Of a stretch of DNA of 64,000 nucleotides, positions 52,690-62,080 are shown one piece after another; position 1 is the stretch's first letter, and every line of letters starts with the position of its first letter. Source of the DNA: Patescibacteria group bacterium (GTDB taxonomy: Bacteria; Patescibacteriota; Patescibacteriia; UBA1558; GWA2-36-10). The notes under the pieces were generated by a model. The model saw only the letters and a list, made by a program, of their open reading frames with translations, was not told where the DNA came from and made no database searches. Position numbers and translations under genes: made by a program. The DNA lies in the NCBI GenBank assembly GCA_018819405.1, contig JAHJQF010000001.1:449377-513376 (forward strand), read 5' to 3'.

Positions 52690-52947
52690 ATAGGTATCAA
52701 AAAATCGCCAAATAGGCGATATAAAATATTTTTATATTTATTTAGTTTTCATAACAAAAAAATGTTCTATTTTTTGTTGTATTGTTTGGCACAGTCAGGA
52801 CAATATTTTAATTGGCTGCTTCTTTGTCCGCTTTTGGTGACTTCCACCAATTGATGAGATTCTTTTCCGCAGCTTTGACAATAGCGAGACTGACCAGTTA
52901 CAAATTTATCTTTTTTATCCTTTTTGATAGATCTTTTTTAATGTTAT

Positions 52948-53092
52948 TGTGCTAGCAGGTTAGGCCATTCAACTCCTCCTCGATAAACTCGGAGTCGCTT
53001 GAGACACTTTATTCTAATAATAAAATGGTCGGAGGCGTTAAAAACGCCGTAGATTACGAGTGAGCTTTTGCGAAGCAAAATGCGAATCGAGT
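52948..53092. repeat. Palindrome-rich element abutting the tRNA-Asp 3' end
   Basis: gtgctagca, ccattcaactc, ttttgc-gaa-gcaaaa hairpin, aatcgag-tggcgg junction; parallels 14278-14420. Confidence 0.55.
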
Positions 53093-53168
53093 GGCGGGAT
53101 CGAAGGGACTCGAACCCTCGACCTTCTGCGTGACAGGCAGACGTTCTAACCAACTGAACTACGACCCC
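53092..53168 (-). tRNA. tRNA-Asp(GTC)
   Basis: ggggtcgtagttcagttggttagaacg-tctgc-ctGTCac-gcaga-aggtcgagggttcgagtcccttcgatcccgcca. Confidence 0.96.
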
Positions 53169-53280
53169 ATATAACTTGATTTACGAAAAAAAGTATACAC
53201 TATTTACATATTTTAGTCAAGGTTTACTAGGGCTTTGCGTTATTGTCCCTTAGTCTATTTTAAGATAAAATAATAGTACT

Positions 53281-54543
53281 ATGAAAAATTTAAAAAAATT
53301 CGGTCCCTATTTTATATTTTTTGCCGCCCTGTTGTGGGGTCTAGACGGTGTGTTGCGCCGTTCTTTGTTTGACTTACCACCAATTATAGTAGTATTTTAT
53401 GAACATATAATTGGTTTGGCCATTTTATCTTTTTGGCTTTTACCTAAAATCAAAACTATTAGCTTTACCAAAAAAGAATGGGGAGCTTTATTTTTAGTAT
53501 CTCTATTGTCAGGAGTATTAGGCACTTTGTGGTTTACTACAGCATTGACTAAGACAAATTTTATTTCTTTTTCGGTAGTATTTTTATTGCAGAAATTACA
53601 ACCTATTTTTGCTATGTTTTTTGCGGTGGTATTTTTAAAAGAGAAAATAACTACCAGATACATTGCCTGGGCTTTGGCGGCTTTGGTAGCTGCATATTTT
53701 GTGACTTTTCCTAGTGGTAATATAAATTTACAAACTGGCCAGGGCACAGCTATAGCGGCCTTGTTTGCTTTGGGAGCAGCTTTTGCCTGGGGCTCATCTA
53801 CTGCTTTTTCCAGATTTCTATTGTTGCGTCATTCCAATACTTTGATAACGGGCTTGAGATTTTTACTGACTTCTATTTTGTCTTTGGTATTTGTTTTTAT
53901 ATTGGGTAGCACTTCTTCTCTGGGAGCACCGACCGACAGTCAATTTTTGAGGTTTGTAGTGATTGCCCTATCAACCGGTATGTTGGCTCTATGGATTTAT
54001 TATAAAGGCCTCAAAAATACCCAAGTAAAAGTATCTACAATTTTAGAACTGACTTTTCCTTTGGTAGCAGTTTTGATAGATATAATATTGTACAAAAATT
54101 TTCTTCAAGCCAGCCAATATTTAGCGGCTGTTATTTTACTCTTGGCTATGTATATGGTAGCTAGACAAAACACATCTTTTGATAAGTTGTATAAATCTCG
54201 GATTGTCAGCGGTGCGGGCAGGGGGCATAGGATAGGATTTCCAACTATCAATATGAATATACCTAAAGGGTTTGAACACTCTTATGGTATTTATTGTGGC
54301 TATTTGATGATAGAGAACAAACAATACAAAGCAGCTTTTCATTATGGAGCTATACCTACATTTAAAGAAAAAAAACCTTCGCTTGAGGCTTATGTTTTAG
54401 ACGGGCATATTGATAATATATCGTCTGAGATTTCTTTTCGTTTTATTGCCAAGTTGCGTGATGTAGAAAAATTTTATAATAAAGATAAGTTGGTGGCCAA
54501 TATAGAGGAAGATGTAAGAAAAGCAAAAAATATTTTAAAATAA
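53281..54543 (+). CDS. EamA/DMT transporter fused to a riboflavin kinase domain
   Basis: About ten TM helices (AALLWG, LQPIF, AAFAWG, ELTFP), then GAGRGHRIGFPTIN, GIY, G..PTF, LEAYVLD, LRD.EKF. Confidence 0.88.
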   Translation: MKNLKKFGPYFIFFAALLWGLDGVLRRSLFDLPPIIVVFYEHIIGLAILSFWLLPKIKTISFTKKEWGALFLVSLLSGVLGTLWFTTALTKTNFISFSVVFLLQKLQPIFAMFFAVVFLKEKITTRYIAWALAALVAAYFVTFPSGNINLQTGQGTAIAALFALGAAFAWGSSTAFSRFLLLRHSNTLITGLRFLLTSILSLVFVFILGSTSSLGAPTDSQFLRFVVIALSTGMLALWIYYKGLKNTQVKVSTILELTFPLVAVLIDIILYKNFLQASQYLAAVILLLAMYMVARQNTSFDKLYKSRIVSGAGRGHRIGFPTINMNIPKGFEHSYGIYCGYLMIENKQYKAAFHYGAIPTFKEKKPSLEAYVLDGHIDNISSEISFRFIAKLRDVEKFYNKDKLVANIEEDVRKAKNILK

Positions 54544-54597
54544 TTTTTATGGACCACTATTTGGTATAATATAGACCAAGTAGGGGGTATGTAGTAT

Positions 54598-54641
54598 TTT
54601 TTACTATACATATTGACATTTTTACTATATTTTGATATATA
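54598..54641 (+). promoter_or_regulatory. Promoter with tandem operator-like repeats
   Basis: TTGACA at 54613-54618, 17 bp, TATATA (TGn-preceded); tttttactata at 54598 and 54619. Confidence 0.5.
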
Positions 54642-54671
54642 TCAATATATATTTAAATATATTTTTAGTAT

Positions 54672-56492
54672 ATGTTAGAAAAAATAATAAACTCAAAAAC
54701 CAGACTAGCTATTTTGTCTTTATTTTTTCAAAATCAAGATAAGAGTTTTTATGCCCAACAGATTATAAATAATACTAAGCTGGATCCAGCTAATGTGCAT
54801 AAAGAGTTAGCCAATTTACTAGAAGGTGGTTTTTTGTTGGCAGAGACCAAGAATCATCGTAAATTTTTTAAGCTTAATAAGGATAATGATTTTTATGTTG
54901 GTTTAAAAAAAATATTTACTAAATATAAAAAGAGTAGCGGAGAAGAATGGATGTCACTGGAAGAAATACCAAACTATTATCCTATGATGGTGTCAGTTGT
55001 CTGGAATGTGAAAATTGCTAACGATTTTTTCAAAAGACGGGGGTTGAAAAATAAACTTTCCAAGCTTTTAAATATTTTTGATGACAATATGAATAATCTA
55101 TTAGTTATCAAAACTGAATTTGATGCTTTGTCTCGGGAAGTTCTGGATAAATGTAAAGAAAGCCCCGAATGGGGCCAAAGATATGTGGATGATTTATATT
55201 TGGAAGAGCAAAAACTAATCAAAGCAACCAAGGATTTGGAAAAAATGAATTTGGCTAAGCTATCCAACAAGGAATTATTTAAAGTTTTTGATTATTATTA
55301 TAATAATGTCTACACAAATTTGCATATTTTTCATTGGATTCAAACGGTCGCTGATTTTGGGGACAACCTTTTTTCTAAATATTTGATGAAATATTTAAAA
55401 GATAAAATAAAAAATACCAAATATACTTTGGGAGAAGTATTTTCTGTGATGACTACGCCAACAAAAGATGGTTTGCCAACTATAGAATATAAGGATTTAC
55501 TGAAAATTTTAAGCTATATTTTGTCTAAGCCAAAAGTAGAAAAATATTTTAAAGAAACTGAGGTCAGAATTATAGTTAAAGATTTGGTCAACTTGGATAA
55601 AAAATTAGACAGCCTGATAAATAACCACGTGGCAAAATATTCTTTTCTTGGTTATGGTACCACCGGTCCAGGCTGGGCTAAGGATTATTTTGTAGACATA
55701 TTAGGTAGTTTGGCCCGACAAAAAGCTGAGCCGTCAGAGCTCTTGGACAAACTGGAAAAGGAAAAAATAAATACTAAAAATAAACAGACGGAATTTGTCA
55801 GAGTACTTAAGATAGATAAAAATCACCAAGATTTATTCAAGGTAGCTCGCGGTATTATTTTTACCAAGGGTAGCCGCAAAGAATCAATGTTTTATAGCTA
55901 TCAGGTCTCAGAAAATCTTTATCGTGAAATTGGAAGACGTTATTATCTATCAGTCAACCAAGTCAGATTTATGCATCCATTTGAGTTCAAGTATCTACTT
56001 TTGGAAGACAAATTTAGTGCTGCCAAGCTCAATGATAGATATAAATTTAGTTTACATTATTCTACCGGAGATATGGAGCGGGATGACAAAATGTTGACTG
56101 GCGACGAGGCAAAAAAGTTTTTGTCAGGATTTAATATAATCAAAGAGGAAATAAAAGATATCAAAATACTGGAGGGCGATTGTGCTTCTCCTGGTAGGGC
56201 TCAGGGAGAAATAAAACTTATAAATGTAGTATCAGATATGAAAAAAATGGAAGAGGGCAATATCTTGGTCTCTATTGCTACTAATCCGGATTTGGTGCCG
56301 GCTATCAAGAAGGCATCGGCTATTATCACAGATGTAGGGGGTATTACTTGTCATGCGGCTATCGTATCTCGTGAGCTTGGTATACCTTGTGTAATAGGCA
56401 CTCGTATTGCCACTAAGGTTCTAAAAGATGGAGATTTGGTGGCGGTTGATGCTACTCATGGGAAAATTAATATTGTCCACCAGACAAAATAG
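54672..56492 (+). CDS. wHTH domain + helical domain + PEP-utilizer phospho-His swivel domain protein
   Basis: N-terminal SKTR..IL.LFF...(V.KEL.NL...G.L) winged helix; C-terminal G..ASPG, ILV...TNPD.VP, TDVGGITCHAAIVSRELGIPCVIG. Confidence 0.88.
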   Translation: MLEKIINSKTRLAILSLFFQNQDKSFYAQQIINNTKLDPANVHKELANLLEGGFLLAETKNHRKFFKLNKDNDFYVGLKKIFTKYKKSSGEEWMSLEEIPNYYPMMVSVVWNVKIANDFFKRRGLKNKLSKLLNIFDDNMNNLLVIKTEFDALSREVLDKCKESPEWGQRYVDDLYLEEQKLIKATKDLEKMNLAKLSNKELFKVFDYYYNNVYTNLHIFHWIQTVADFGDNLFSKYLMKYLKDKIKNTKYTLGEVFSVMTTPTKDGLPTIEYKDLLKILSYILSKPKVEKYFKETEVRIIVKDLVNLDKKLDSLINNHVAKYSFLGYGTTGPGWAKDYFVDILGSLARQKAEPSELLDKLEKEKINTKNKQTEFVRVLKIDKNHQDLFKVARGIIFTKGSRKESMFYSYQVSENLYREIGRRYYLSVNQVRFMHPFEFKYLLLEDKFSAAKLNDRYKFSLHYSTGDMERDDKMLTGDEAKKFLSGFNIIKEEIKDIKILEGDCASPGRAQGEIKLINVVSDMKKMEEGNILVSIATNPDLVPAIKKASAIITDVGGITCHAAIVSRELGIPCVIGTRIATKVLKDGDLVAVDATHGKINIVHQTK

Positions 56493-56506
56493 TTGGTGGA
56501 CTTTTT
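56475..56506 (+). terminator. Hairpin plus T-run between the two PEP-domain genes
   Basis: gtccacca / tggtggac-ttttt. Confidence 0.5.
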
Positions 56507-56545
56507 GTTTTGTATATATTAAACTTAATTTAAAATATCAACATT

Positions 56546-57487
56546 ATGGAATTTGTAAGAAATTTTAATAAATTAGACAAAAAAGATGTATCTTTGGCCG
56601 GAGGTAAGGGCGCATCACTCGGTGAAATGACCAAGGCAGGGATACCAGTACCGCCAGGCTTTGTCGTGCTAGCCGATTCATTTGAAAAATTTTTGGAGGA
56701 AACAGATTTAAATGTAGAAATAGATCATATTATCAAAAAAGAAGTCAAACATGAAGATATAAATTCCGTAGAAAAAGCTTCTCTAAAAATTCGTGATTTG
56801 ATAAGAGATGCCAAATTTCCTGATGATATCGCCAAAAGTGTAGAAGCGGAATTTAAAAAACTAGGTGCCAAATTTGTGGCTGTCCGCTCGTCAGCTACGG
56901 CTGAAGATTCGTCTATTGCCTCCTGGGCAGGAGAGCTGGAAAGCTATCTCAATACTACAGAAAAAGACCTGCTTAATAAGGTAAAGATGTGTTGGTCATC
57001 ATTATTTACCCCACGGGCTATTTTTTATCGTTTTGAAAAAGGATTGCAGGATAGTAAAGTATCTGTAGCTGTAGTAATACAAAAAATGGTTCAGTCCGAA
57101 GTGTCTGGTATTACTTTTACAGTCCATCCTGTCACTGAAGATAGAAAACAGATGGTGATAGAAGCTGGTTTTGGCTTGGGAGAAGCAATAGTATCTGGTA
57201 TGATTACCCCCGATGCTTATGTGATAGACAAGACGGATTTATCTATTATGGATATCAATGTGGCTAGTCAGGAAAAATATATTATTTATACTCCAAAAGG
57301 AAATAAATTTACTAATGTACCAGCTGACAAACGCGATGATCAAAAATTATCAGGTGCTCAGATATTGGAACTATCCAAGATTTGTGTGGGTATTGAAAAA
57401 CACTACGCTTTTCCTTGTGATATAGAGTGGGCTATGGAAAAAAATAAATTTTATATAGTCCAGTCTAGACCGATTACAACTTTATAA
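56546..57487 (+). CDS. Stand-alone PEP synthase/PPDK N-terminal ATP-binding (ATP-grasp) domain
   Basis: GGKGASLGEM, GIPVPPGF, VAVRSSATAEDS, DIEWA, QSRPIT; ends without His or pyruvate-binding domains. Confidence 0.92.
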   Translation: MEFVRNFNKLDKKDVSLAGGKGASLGEMTKAGIPVPPGFVVLADSFEKFLEETDLNVEIDHIIKKEVKHEDINSVEKASLKIRDLIRDAKFPDDIAKSVEAEFKKLGAKFVAVRSSATAEDSSIASWAGELESYLNTTEKDLLNKVKMCWSSLFTPRAIFYRFEKGLQDSKVSVAVVIQKMVQSEVSGITFTVHPVTEDRKQMVIEAGFGLGEAIVSGMITPDAYVIDKTDLSIMDINVASQEKYIIYTPKGNKFTNVPADKRDDQKLSGAQILELSKICVGIEKHYAFPCDIEWAMEKNKFYIVQSRPITTL

Positions 57488-57510
57488 TTTATTAATTGAT
57501 AAATAAAATT

Positions 57511-58398
57511 ATGGAAAATCCTTTTAAAACAACTTTTGAATCTGGTAAGGAAAATGTCGATAAAAAATATGGCCTTAATGTTCGTGCAGTATTAGAATTT
57601 GGACGTCATGAAGAGCCCGGAAAAACTCCAGAGGGTATGAGTGCAGATTATCTGACAGAGACAGGTAAACAAAACGCCGCTAATAGAGGTAGAGGTATTG
57701 ATGAAGCCAATGTCGCTGCTTATGCTTCACCAAAACAAAGAGCTCAGGAGACAGTTGATTTGCAAATGCAATCAGCTGATATATTTTCTGAAGGGGCTGT
57801 AAATGTAGTAAACAAAAAATTATCCAATTTGCCAGAAGGATTGACTAAAGACAGTTCTCAAAAAGAAGGCAATGAGTTTAAGGTCAAATTGGCTCAAGAA
57901 TTGGATACAGTAGAAGAATTTAAAAAAATCATGCCTTTGGCCAAGGAGTGGGCTCAACAACAAATAGGCGATGGTTCAAAAAGGTCAGCTTATGATTTGA
58001 TAATTCAATATTATCTGGACAATAGTGAGTTGTGTCAAAAAGAGGGAGTAGACACTCCTCATGAAGTAGCTACTCAGATCGCTTATCGGGTAGCCAGAGA
58101 AGTAGGTATGACAGAAAAATTTTTAAATAATACGGAAATAAGATTGGTAAATATTACTCACGGACCAAAATTGGAACCATTTTTGTTGGCCATAGTTGAT
58201 GATTTTAAGACATTGGAAGATATGGGAGATGCCATCAAACCAGGAGAAAGTTTTGAAATAGAGGTTGCAACAGATGACAATGGCAAAAGAGAAGTCAGAC
58301 TCAAACTGCGTGGTAAAAGCTATGAGATCAATGAAAAAAAGCTAGAGCTACTGGCGCATGAGTATAGAGATAAAATTTTGAAAGAAAGAAAAGAATAA
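57511..58398 (+). CDS. Histidine phosphatase superfamily protein
   Basis: RH motif (FGRHEE), LT..G...A, ASP..RAQET, ITHG. Confidence 0.75.
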   Translation: MENPFKTTFESGKENVDKKYGLNVRAVLEFGRHEEPGKTPEGMSADYLTETGKQNAANRGRGIDEANVAAYASPKQRAQETVDLQMQSADIFSEGAVNVVNKKLSNLPEGLTKDSSQKEGNEFKVKLAQELDTVEEFKKIMPLAKEWAQQQIGDGSKRSAYDLIIQYYLDNSELCQKEGVDTPHEVATQIAYRVAREVGMTEKFLNNTEIRLVNITHGPKLEPFLLAIVDDFKTLEDMGDAIKPGESFEIEVATDDNGKREVRLKLRGKSYEINEKKLELLAHEYRDKILKERKE

Positions 58399-58424
58399 TT
58401 TTTTATAATTAACCCAAAAGATAT

Positions 58425-58772
58425 ATGGCAATGGAAACAATGGAACAATCTCAAGTAGAGCAGGAAGATGCTTTGTCTACCCAAGAGGTGATTGATTTGG
58501 CTCAAAAAGCTATTGATGAGCTAGATAGTGAAAAAGCAACTGAAGAATTTCCAGGCGCGGATGCTTACAAACGAGTTATGAAAATCGTAGTTTTGTCTGG
58601 CGCAGACGGTAAGGTGATAGAAAATTGGCAAGTCGGCTATGAAGAGCTTTCAGCTAAATATAAAAAACTTGGAGAAGGCGATAGGGCAGAATTTTTGGTA
58701 GAAAATAATCTTCAGTCAATGCTTCAAGGGGCGCTAGATAGTGCTCAGAGAAAAGTAGAAGAGAGTAAATAA
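58425..58772 (+). CDS. Hypothetical acidic protein
   Basis: 115-aa ORF co-oriented with the upstream genes. Confidence 0.7.
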   Translation: MAMETMEQSQVEQEDALSTQEVIDLAQKAIDELDSEKATEEFPGADAYKRVMKIVVLSGADGKVIENWQVGYEELSAKYKKLGEGDRAEFLVENNLQSMLQGALDSAQRKVEESK

Positions 58773-58795
58773 TAGAATAAAATATTTTTTTTAAT

Positions 58796-58825
58796 CCCGG
58801 CCGCGCAAAGCGCGGCCGGGGTTTT
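58796..58825 (+). terminator. GC-rich terminator
   Basis: cccggccgcgc-aaa-gcgcggccggg-gtttt. Confidence 0.75.
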
Positions 58826-58916
58826 GCTTGATATTTTATGCTTATGGTAGTAAATTTATAAGGTTAATTGTTGTTTGGCAATAGAAAACCTAAAACAAAG
58901 AAACGAGGTACTAGTC

Positions 58917-60440
58917 ATGTTGATCGTAGCGATTGAACCCCGAGCTCCTGGACTGCACATTTTCACTCAGGCCTATACCCCTAGGATTGGCCTGCCTAGA
59001 CTGCTCACTCAAGCCCAGAATTTGGGGCATAGTTGCTTCATTTTCTGTGAAGAGCTGCGTAGTTCTCAAATCGATTGGGGATATGTGGCTTGTGCTGATG
59101 TGGTCATGATCTCTTCCACCACCTCTACTGCGCCGCGGTCTTATCAGTTGGCCAGACAAATCAGAAAAATGAACCCACGGGTACCGATTTTGGGTGGTGG
59201 TCCACACTTTACCTTTGAGTGTCAGGAGGCGCTCGACAATGGCATAGACTATGTCTTTCGTCACTGGGCTGACCGAAGCTTTTTCCAGTGGCTAGGCTGG
59301 TTTCAGTCGCTTACAGAACCCGGCAGGCTGTCGGCTGATGATTTGATCAGTCTTTCTCAGATCGGAGGCTTGGCTTTCAAGATCGGCAGTCAGATGCACA
59401 AGACGGGGATGCCGGAGCAGGTTCATCCTGATACTTGGCCGACGCCTGACCTTGGACTGATTCGTGGTTACAAACCCCGGTTTATCACTTTGATCACATC
59501 GGAGGGCTGTGACCACAACTGCGAGTTTTGCTCAGAATGGGCAATGCATGGAGCCAGATACCGCTCCCGTTCGCCGGAAAAGGTGATGAGGGACATTGCT
59601 TACTATCGTCGGGTATATGGTAATGTACCCATCTTCTTTGGCGATGACAACATCGCTGCTGACTTGAAAAACGACGACGGGCTAGTGATAGCCTTTGGTC
59701 ATGATCGTCTGCGTAATCTCTGTCAGATGATTATTGACTGGGGGCTGGAAGGGGTCTATTCTGGTCAGGTTCGTCTGGCCTTGGCTGATCATCCCGAGGT
59801 GCTTGAAGTCATGACCATGGCCGGTTTTGACCGGGTCTACATTGGCTACGAGTCTATCAATCCGGACAATGCCAAAGCCACTGGTGGCAAGCTGGATTTC
59901 TCCCGTATGGAAGAACAGACAGCCAATTTCCATAAGTGTGGAATCTCTGTCCATGCTATGTGGGTGCTTGGTTTTGATCATGATACGCTTGACACAGTCA
60001 AACGTACTGTCCAGGCGGCTATCAGATGGAGGATAGACACCAATCAATTTTTGGTGTTGATGCCTTTGCCAGGTTCGCCACTTAGGACACGCCTCAAGAG
60101 AGAAGGTAGAATAATCCACAATGACTGGGAGAAGTATGACGGACATCACACTGTATTTTTCCCTAAGCTGATGAAACCTTGGGAGCTGCATGCGGCAGTG
60201 ATGCTGGAAGCTATGCCCAAGGGTTACAACCTCTGGCAGACTGCTGACATCTATTTGGTCAGCAACTGGCGGACTTTCAGGAGATGGCTTGCCCACAAGG
60301 CACCTCATCCCAAAGTGGAGTTCAAGAGTCACATCGTGACTCTTGTCCTTAGGGTGGTGGGTCTCAATGTGGTGATGCGAGCCAAGAAGGAAGCAAGGGA
60401 TTATCTCAAGCAACTCCAAGAGTTGCGGATTGTGAGGTAG
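58917..60440 (+). CDS. B12-binding-domain radical SAM protein
   Basis: GGPH in the N-terminal domain, CDHNCEFC, FGDDN, IGYES, VLGFDHD, PLPGS; GAGG upstream of ATG 58917. Confidence 0.9.
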   Translation: MLIVAIEPRAPGLHIFTQAYTPRIGLPRLLTQAQNLGHSCFIFCEELRSSQIDWGYVACADVVMISSTTSTAPRSYQLARQIRKMNPRVPILGGGPHFTFECQEALDNGIDYVFRHWADRSFFQWLGWFQSLTEPGRLSADDLISLSQIGGLAFKIGSQMHKTGMPEQVHPDTWPTPDLGLIRGYKPRFITLITSEGCDHNCEFCSEWAMHGARYRSRSPEKVMRDIAYYRRVYGNVPIFFGDDNIAADLKNDDGLVIAFGHDRLRNLCQMIIDWGLEGVYSGQVRLALADHPEVLEVMTMAGFDRVYIGYESINPDNAKATGGKLDFSRMEEQTANFHKCGISVHAMWVLGFDHDTLDTVKRTVQAAIRWRIDTNQFLVLMPLPGSPLRTRLKREGRIIHNDWEKYDGHHTVFFPKLMKPWELHAAVMLEAMPKGYNLWQTADIYLVSNWRTFRRWLAHKAPHPKVEFKSHIVTLVLRVVGLNVVMRAKKEARDYLKQLQELRIVR

Positions 60441-60447
60441 TTTGTTG

Positions 60448-60490
60448 GCCCGCGCTAAGTCGCCTAAAGCGACTTAGCGCGGGCTATTTT
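60448..60490 (+). terminator. 16-bp perfect GC-rich hairpin
   Basis: gcccgcgctaagtcgc-ctaaa-gcgacttagcgcgggc. Confidence 0.75.
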
Positions 60491-60519
60491 ATTTACCAGA
60501 GTTTTGTTATAATATATTT

Positions 60520-60912
60520 ATGATTTCAAGCAAACAAAAAAAGCAACTATTATTTTTGCTTTTAGCGGCTTTATGGGGAGCTTTGATTTATTATCTTTCA
60601 TCTACACCTGATTTATCTAGTGGTTTACCTCATAGCTATGATTTTGTGTTTAGAAAAATAGCCCATATTTTTGTATTTTTTATTTTGACATATTTAGTAG
60701 CTTCCAGTTTGGACAGCAAAGAGAGGATTTATCTTTTATTTGTTATAATAGCAGGTGTATCTTATGCTCTGATAGACGAACTTCATCAGTCCTTTGTAAG
60801 TGGTAGAGTGGGCAGCCCCAAGGACGTTGTCATAGACTCTTTGGGGGTTTATCTGGGTATTTGGTTTTATAAGGTACATCCGCCTGAAAAAATTTTAAAA
60901 TTTATCAAATAA
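60520..60912 (+). CDS. VanZ-family protein
   Basis: IYYLSS, RKIAH, YA..DE.HQSFV.GR.....DV.ID..G. Confidence 0.92.
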   Translation: MISSKQKKQLLFLLLAALWGALIYYLSSTPDLSSGLPHSYDFVFRKIAHIFVFFILTYLVASSLDSKERIYLLFVIIAGVSYALIDELHQSFVSGRVGSPKDVVIDSLGVYLGIWFYKVHPPEKILKFIK

Positions 60913-60944
60913 AAAAAACCCCGGAATTTCACCGGGATTTTTAT

Positions 60945-61289
60945 TTATTTTAGAGACTCTACAATATTCTTAAATATTTTTGGTTCTTTCTCAGCAATTT
61001 CAGACAATATCTTTCTATCTAGTTCACAGTTGTTCTTTTTTAGAGCATCAATAAATTTGGAATATGTCCAATCAAGTTCGCGTAAAGCAGCATTCAATTT
61101 GGTTTGCCACAAGCGACGATTCACTCTTTTTTTCTTACGTCGGTCTCTCAAACTATTTTTGCCAGCATGAAGTATTGCTTCTTGGGCTTGTTTGATTTTG
61201 GATTTGCGACCCCAATTATAACCTTTGGTTTTCTTAAGGATATTCTTTCTGCGTTTGCTGTGGATTGTACCTCGTTTTACTCTTGGCAT
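60945..61289 (-). CDS. rplT: 50S ribosomal protein L20
   Basis: MPRVKRG, RDRRKKKR..R.LW, YSKFI, LDRKILS. Confidence 0.97.
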   Translation of the reverse strand: MPRVKRGTIHSKRRKNILKKTKGYNWGRKSKIKQAQEAILHAGKNSLRDRRKKKRVNRRLWQTKLNAALRELDWTYSKFIDALKKNNCELDRKILSEIAEKEPKIFKNIVESLK

Positions 61290-61323
61290 ATGTTAGTTTA
61301 AAGTTTAAAGTTATCTGACTGAT

Positions 61324-61518
61324 TTATAGATAAGGTAAAAGCTTTTTAACAGTTTTGGTGTTAACTGAAGATAATTCTTTGTCGCGTCTTTTATTTTTGG
61401 TAACTTTCGAAGATTCGCGAGCATTAAAATGATCTTGACCACCGGTTCTGATAAACACTTTTTTCTTGCCAGTTAGTTTTACTCTTTTTTTGAGAATTTT
61501 CTTGGTTTTGAGTTTCAT
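61324..61518 (-). CDS. rpmI: 50S ribosomal protein L35
   Basis: MKLKTKK...KR.KLTG, H, terminal LLPY; lies between infC and rplT. Confidence 0.92.
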   Translation of the reverse strand: MKLKTKKILKKRVKLTGKKKVFIRTGGQDHFNARESSKVTKNKRRDKELSSVNTKTVKKLLPYL

Positions 61519-61549
61519 AATACTTTTTGTCTCGAGCAAAGTCGAGAGA

Positions 61550-62080
61550 TTATTTTTTACTGATCAAGGCAGATATTATAGATCCTTGTTGTTGGATATT
61601 TTTATCCATCTTGTATTCTACTTCTATTTTCTCTAAAAAGTCTTTTATTACTTGCAGAGCTTTAGCACGGAAGGCTCTTTCGCGTCCTCTTAATCTTAGT
61701 TCAATCTGGACATTGTGCCCTTTGCTCAAAAATTTATTGACCTGTTTTTGTTTGACTTCCAAATCATGCTGACCTATGCTCAGCGACAATCTAATACCTT
61801 TGGTATCAACTTTTTTGGCTTTTTGTGAACTACGACTTTGCTGATATTGGAATTTTCCGTAATCTATGATTTTACAAACCGGAGGATTGGCTAATGGAGA
61901 TACTTCTACTAGGTCAAATCCCCGATTGGTAGCCAAATCAAGCGCATCTAAAGTATCCATGATGCCTAGCTGCTCACCATTTTCGTCAATGACCATTACT
62001 TGCGGTACTCTGATTCTGTCATTGCGTCGAAATTTTTTGGTGGTGTCTTTAAAGCCTTGTGGTCTTCGTGCTCTTATAAT
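61550..62080 (-). CDS. infC: Translation initiation factor IF-3 (non-AUG start)
   Basis: Frame extends 28 codons upstream of the track ATG (RRNDRIRVPQV) to ATT at 62080, immediately after an in-frame TAA; DLVEVSP...PPVCKI.DYGK. Confidence 0.95.
   Translation of the reverse strand: MIRARRPQGFKDTTKKFRRNDRIRVPQVMVIDENGEQLGIMDTLDALDLATNRGFDLVEVSPLANPPVCKIIDYGKFQYQQSRSSQKAKKVDTKGIRLSLSIGQHDLEVKQKQVNKFLSKGHNVQIELRLRGRERAFRAKALQVIKDFLEKIEVEYKMDKNIQQQGSIISALISKK

Noticed and set aside
53092-53168. Possible group I intron in tRNA-Asp (reported in Patescibacteria)
   Set aside because: The anticodon arm is contiguous; no insertion.
56546-57487. Truncated ppsA pseudogene
   Set aside because: It ends cleanly at the domain boundary (QSRPITTL) with intact motifs, and the His domain is supplied by the adjacent gene.
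59682-60419. 245-aa antisense ORF
   Set aside because: Shadow frame of the GC-richer radical SAM gene; the same applies to the other short antisense ORFs in the track.
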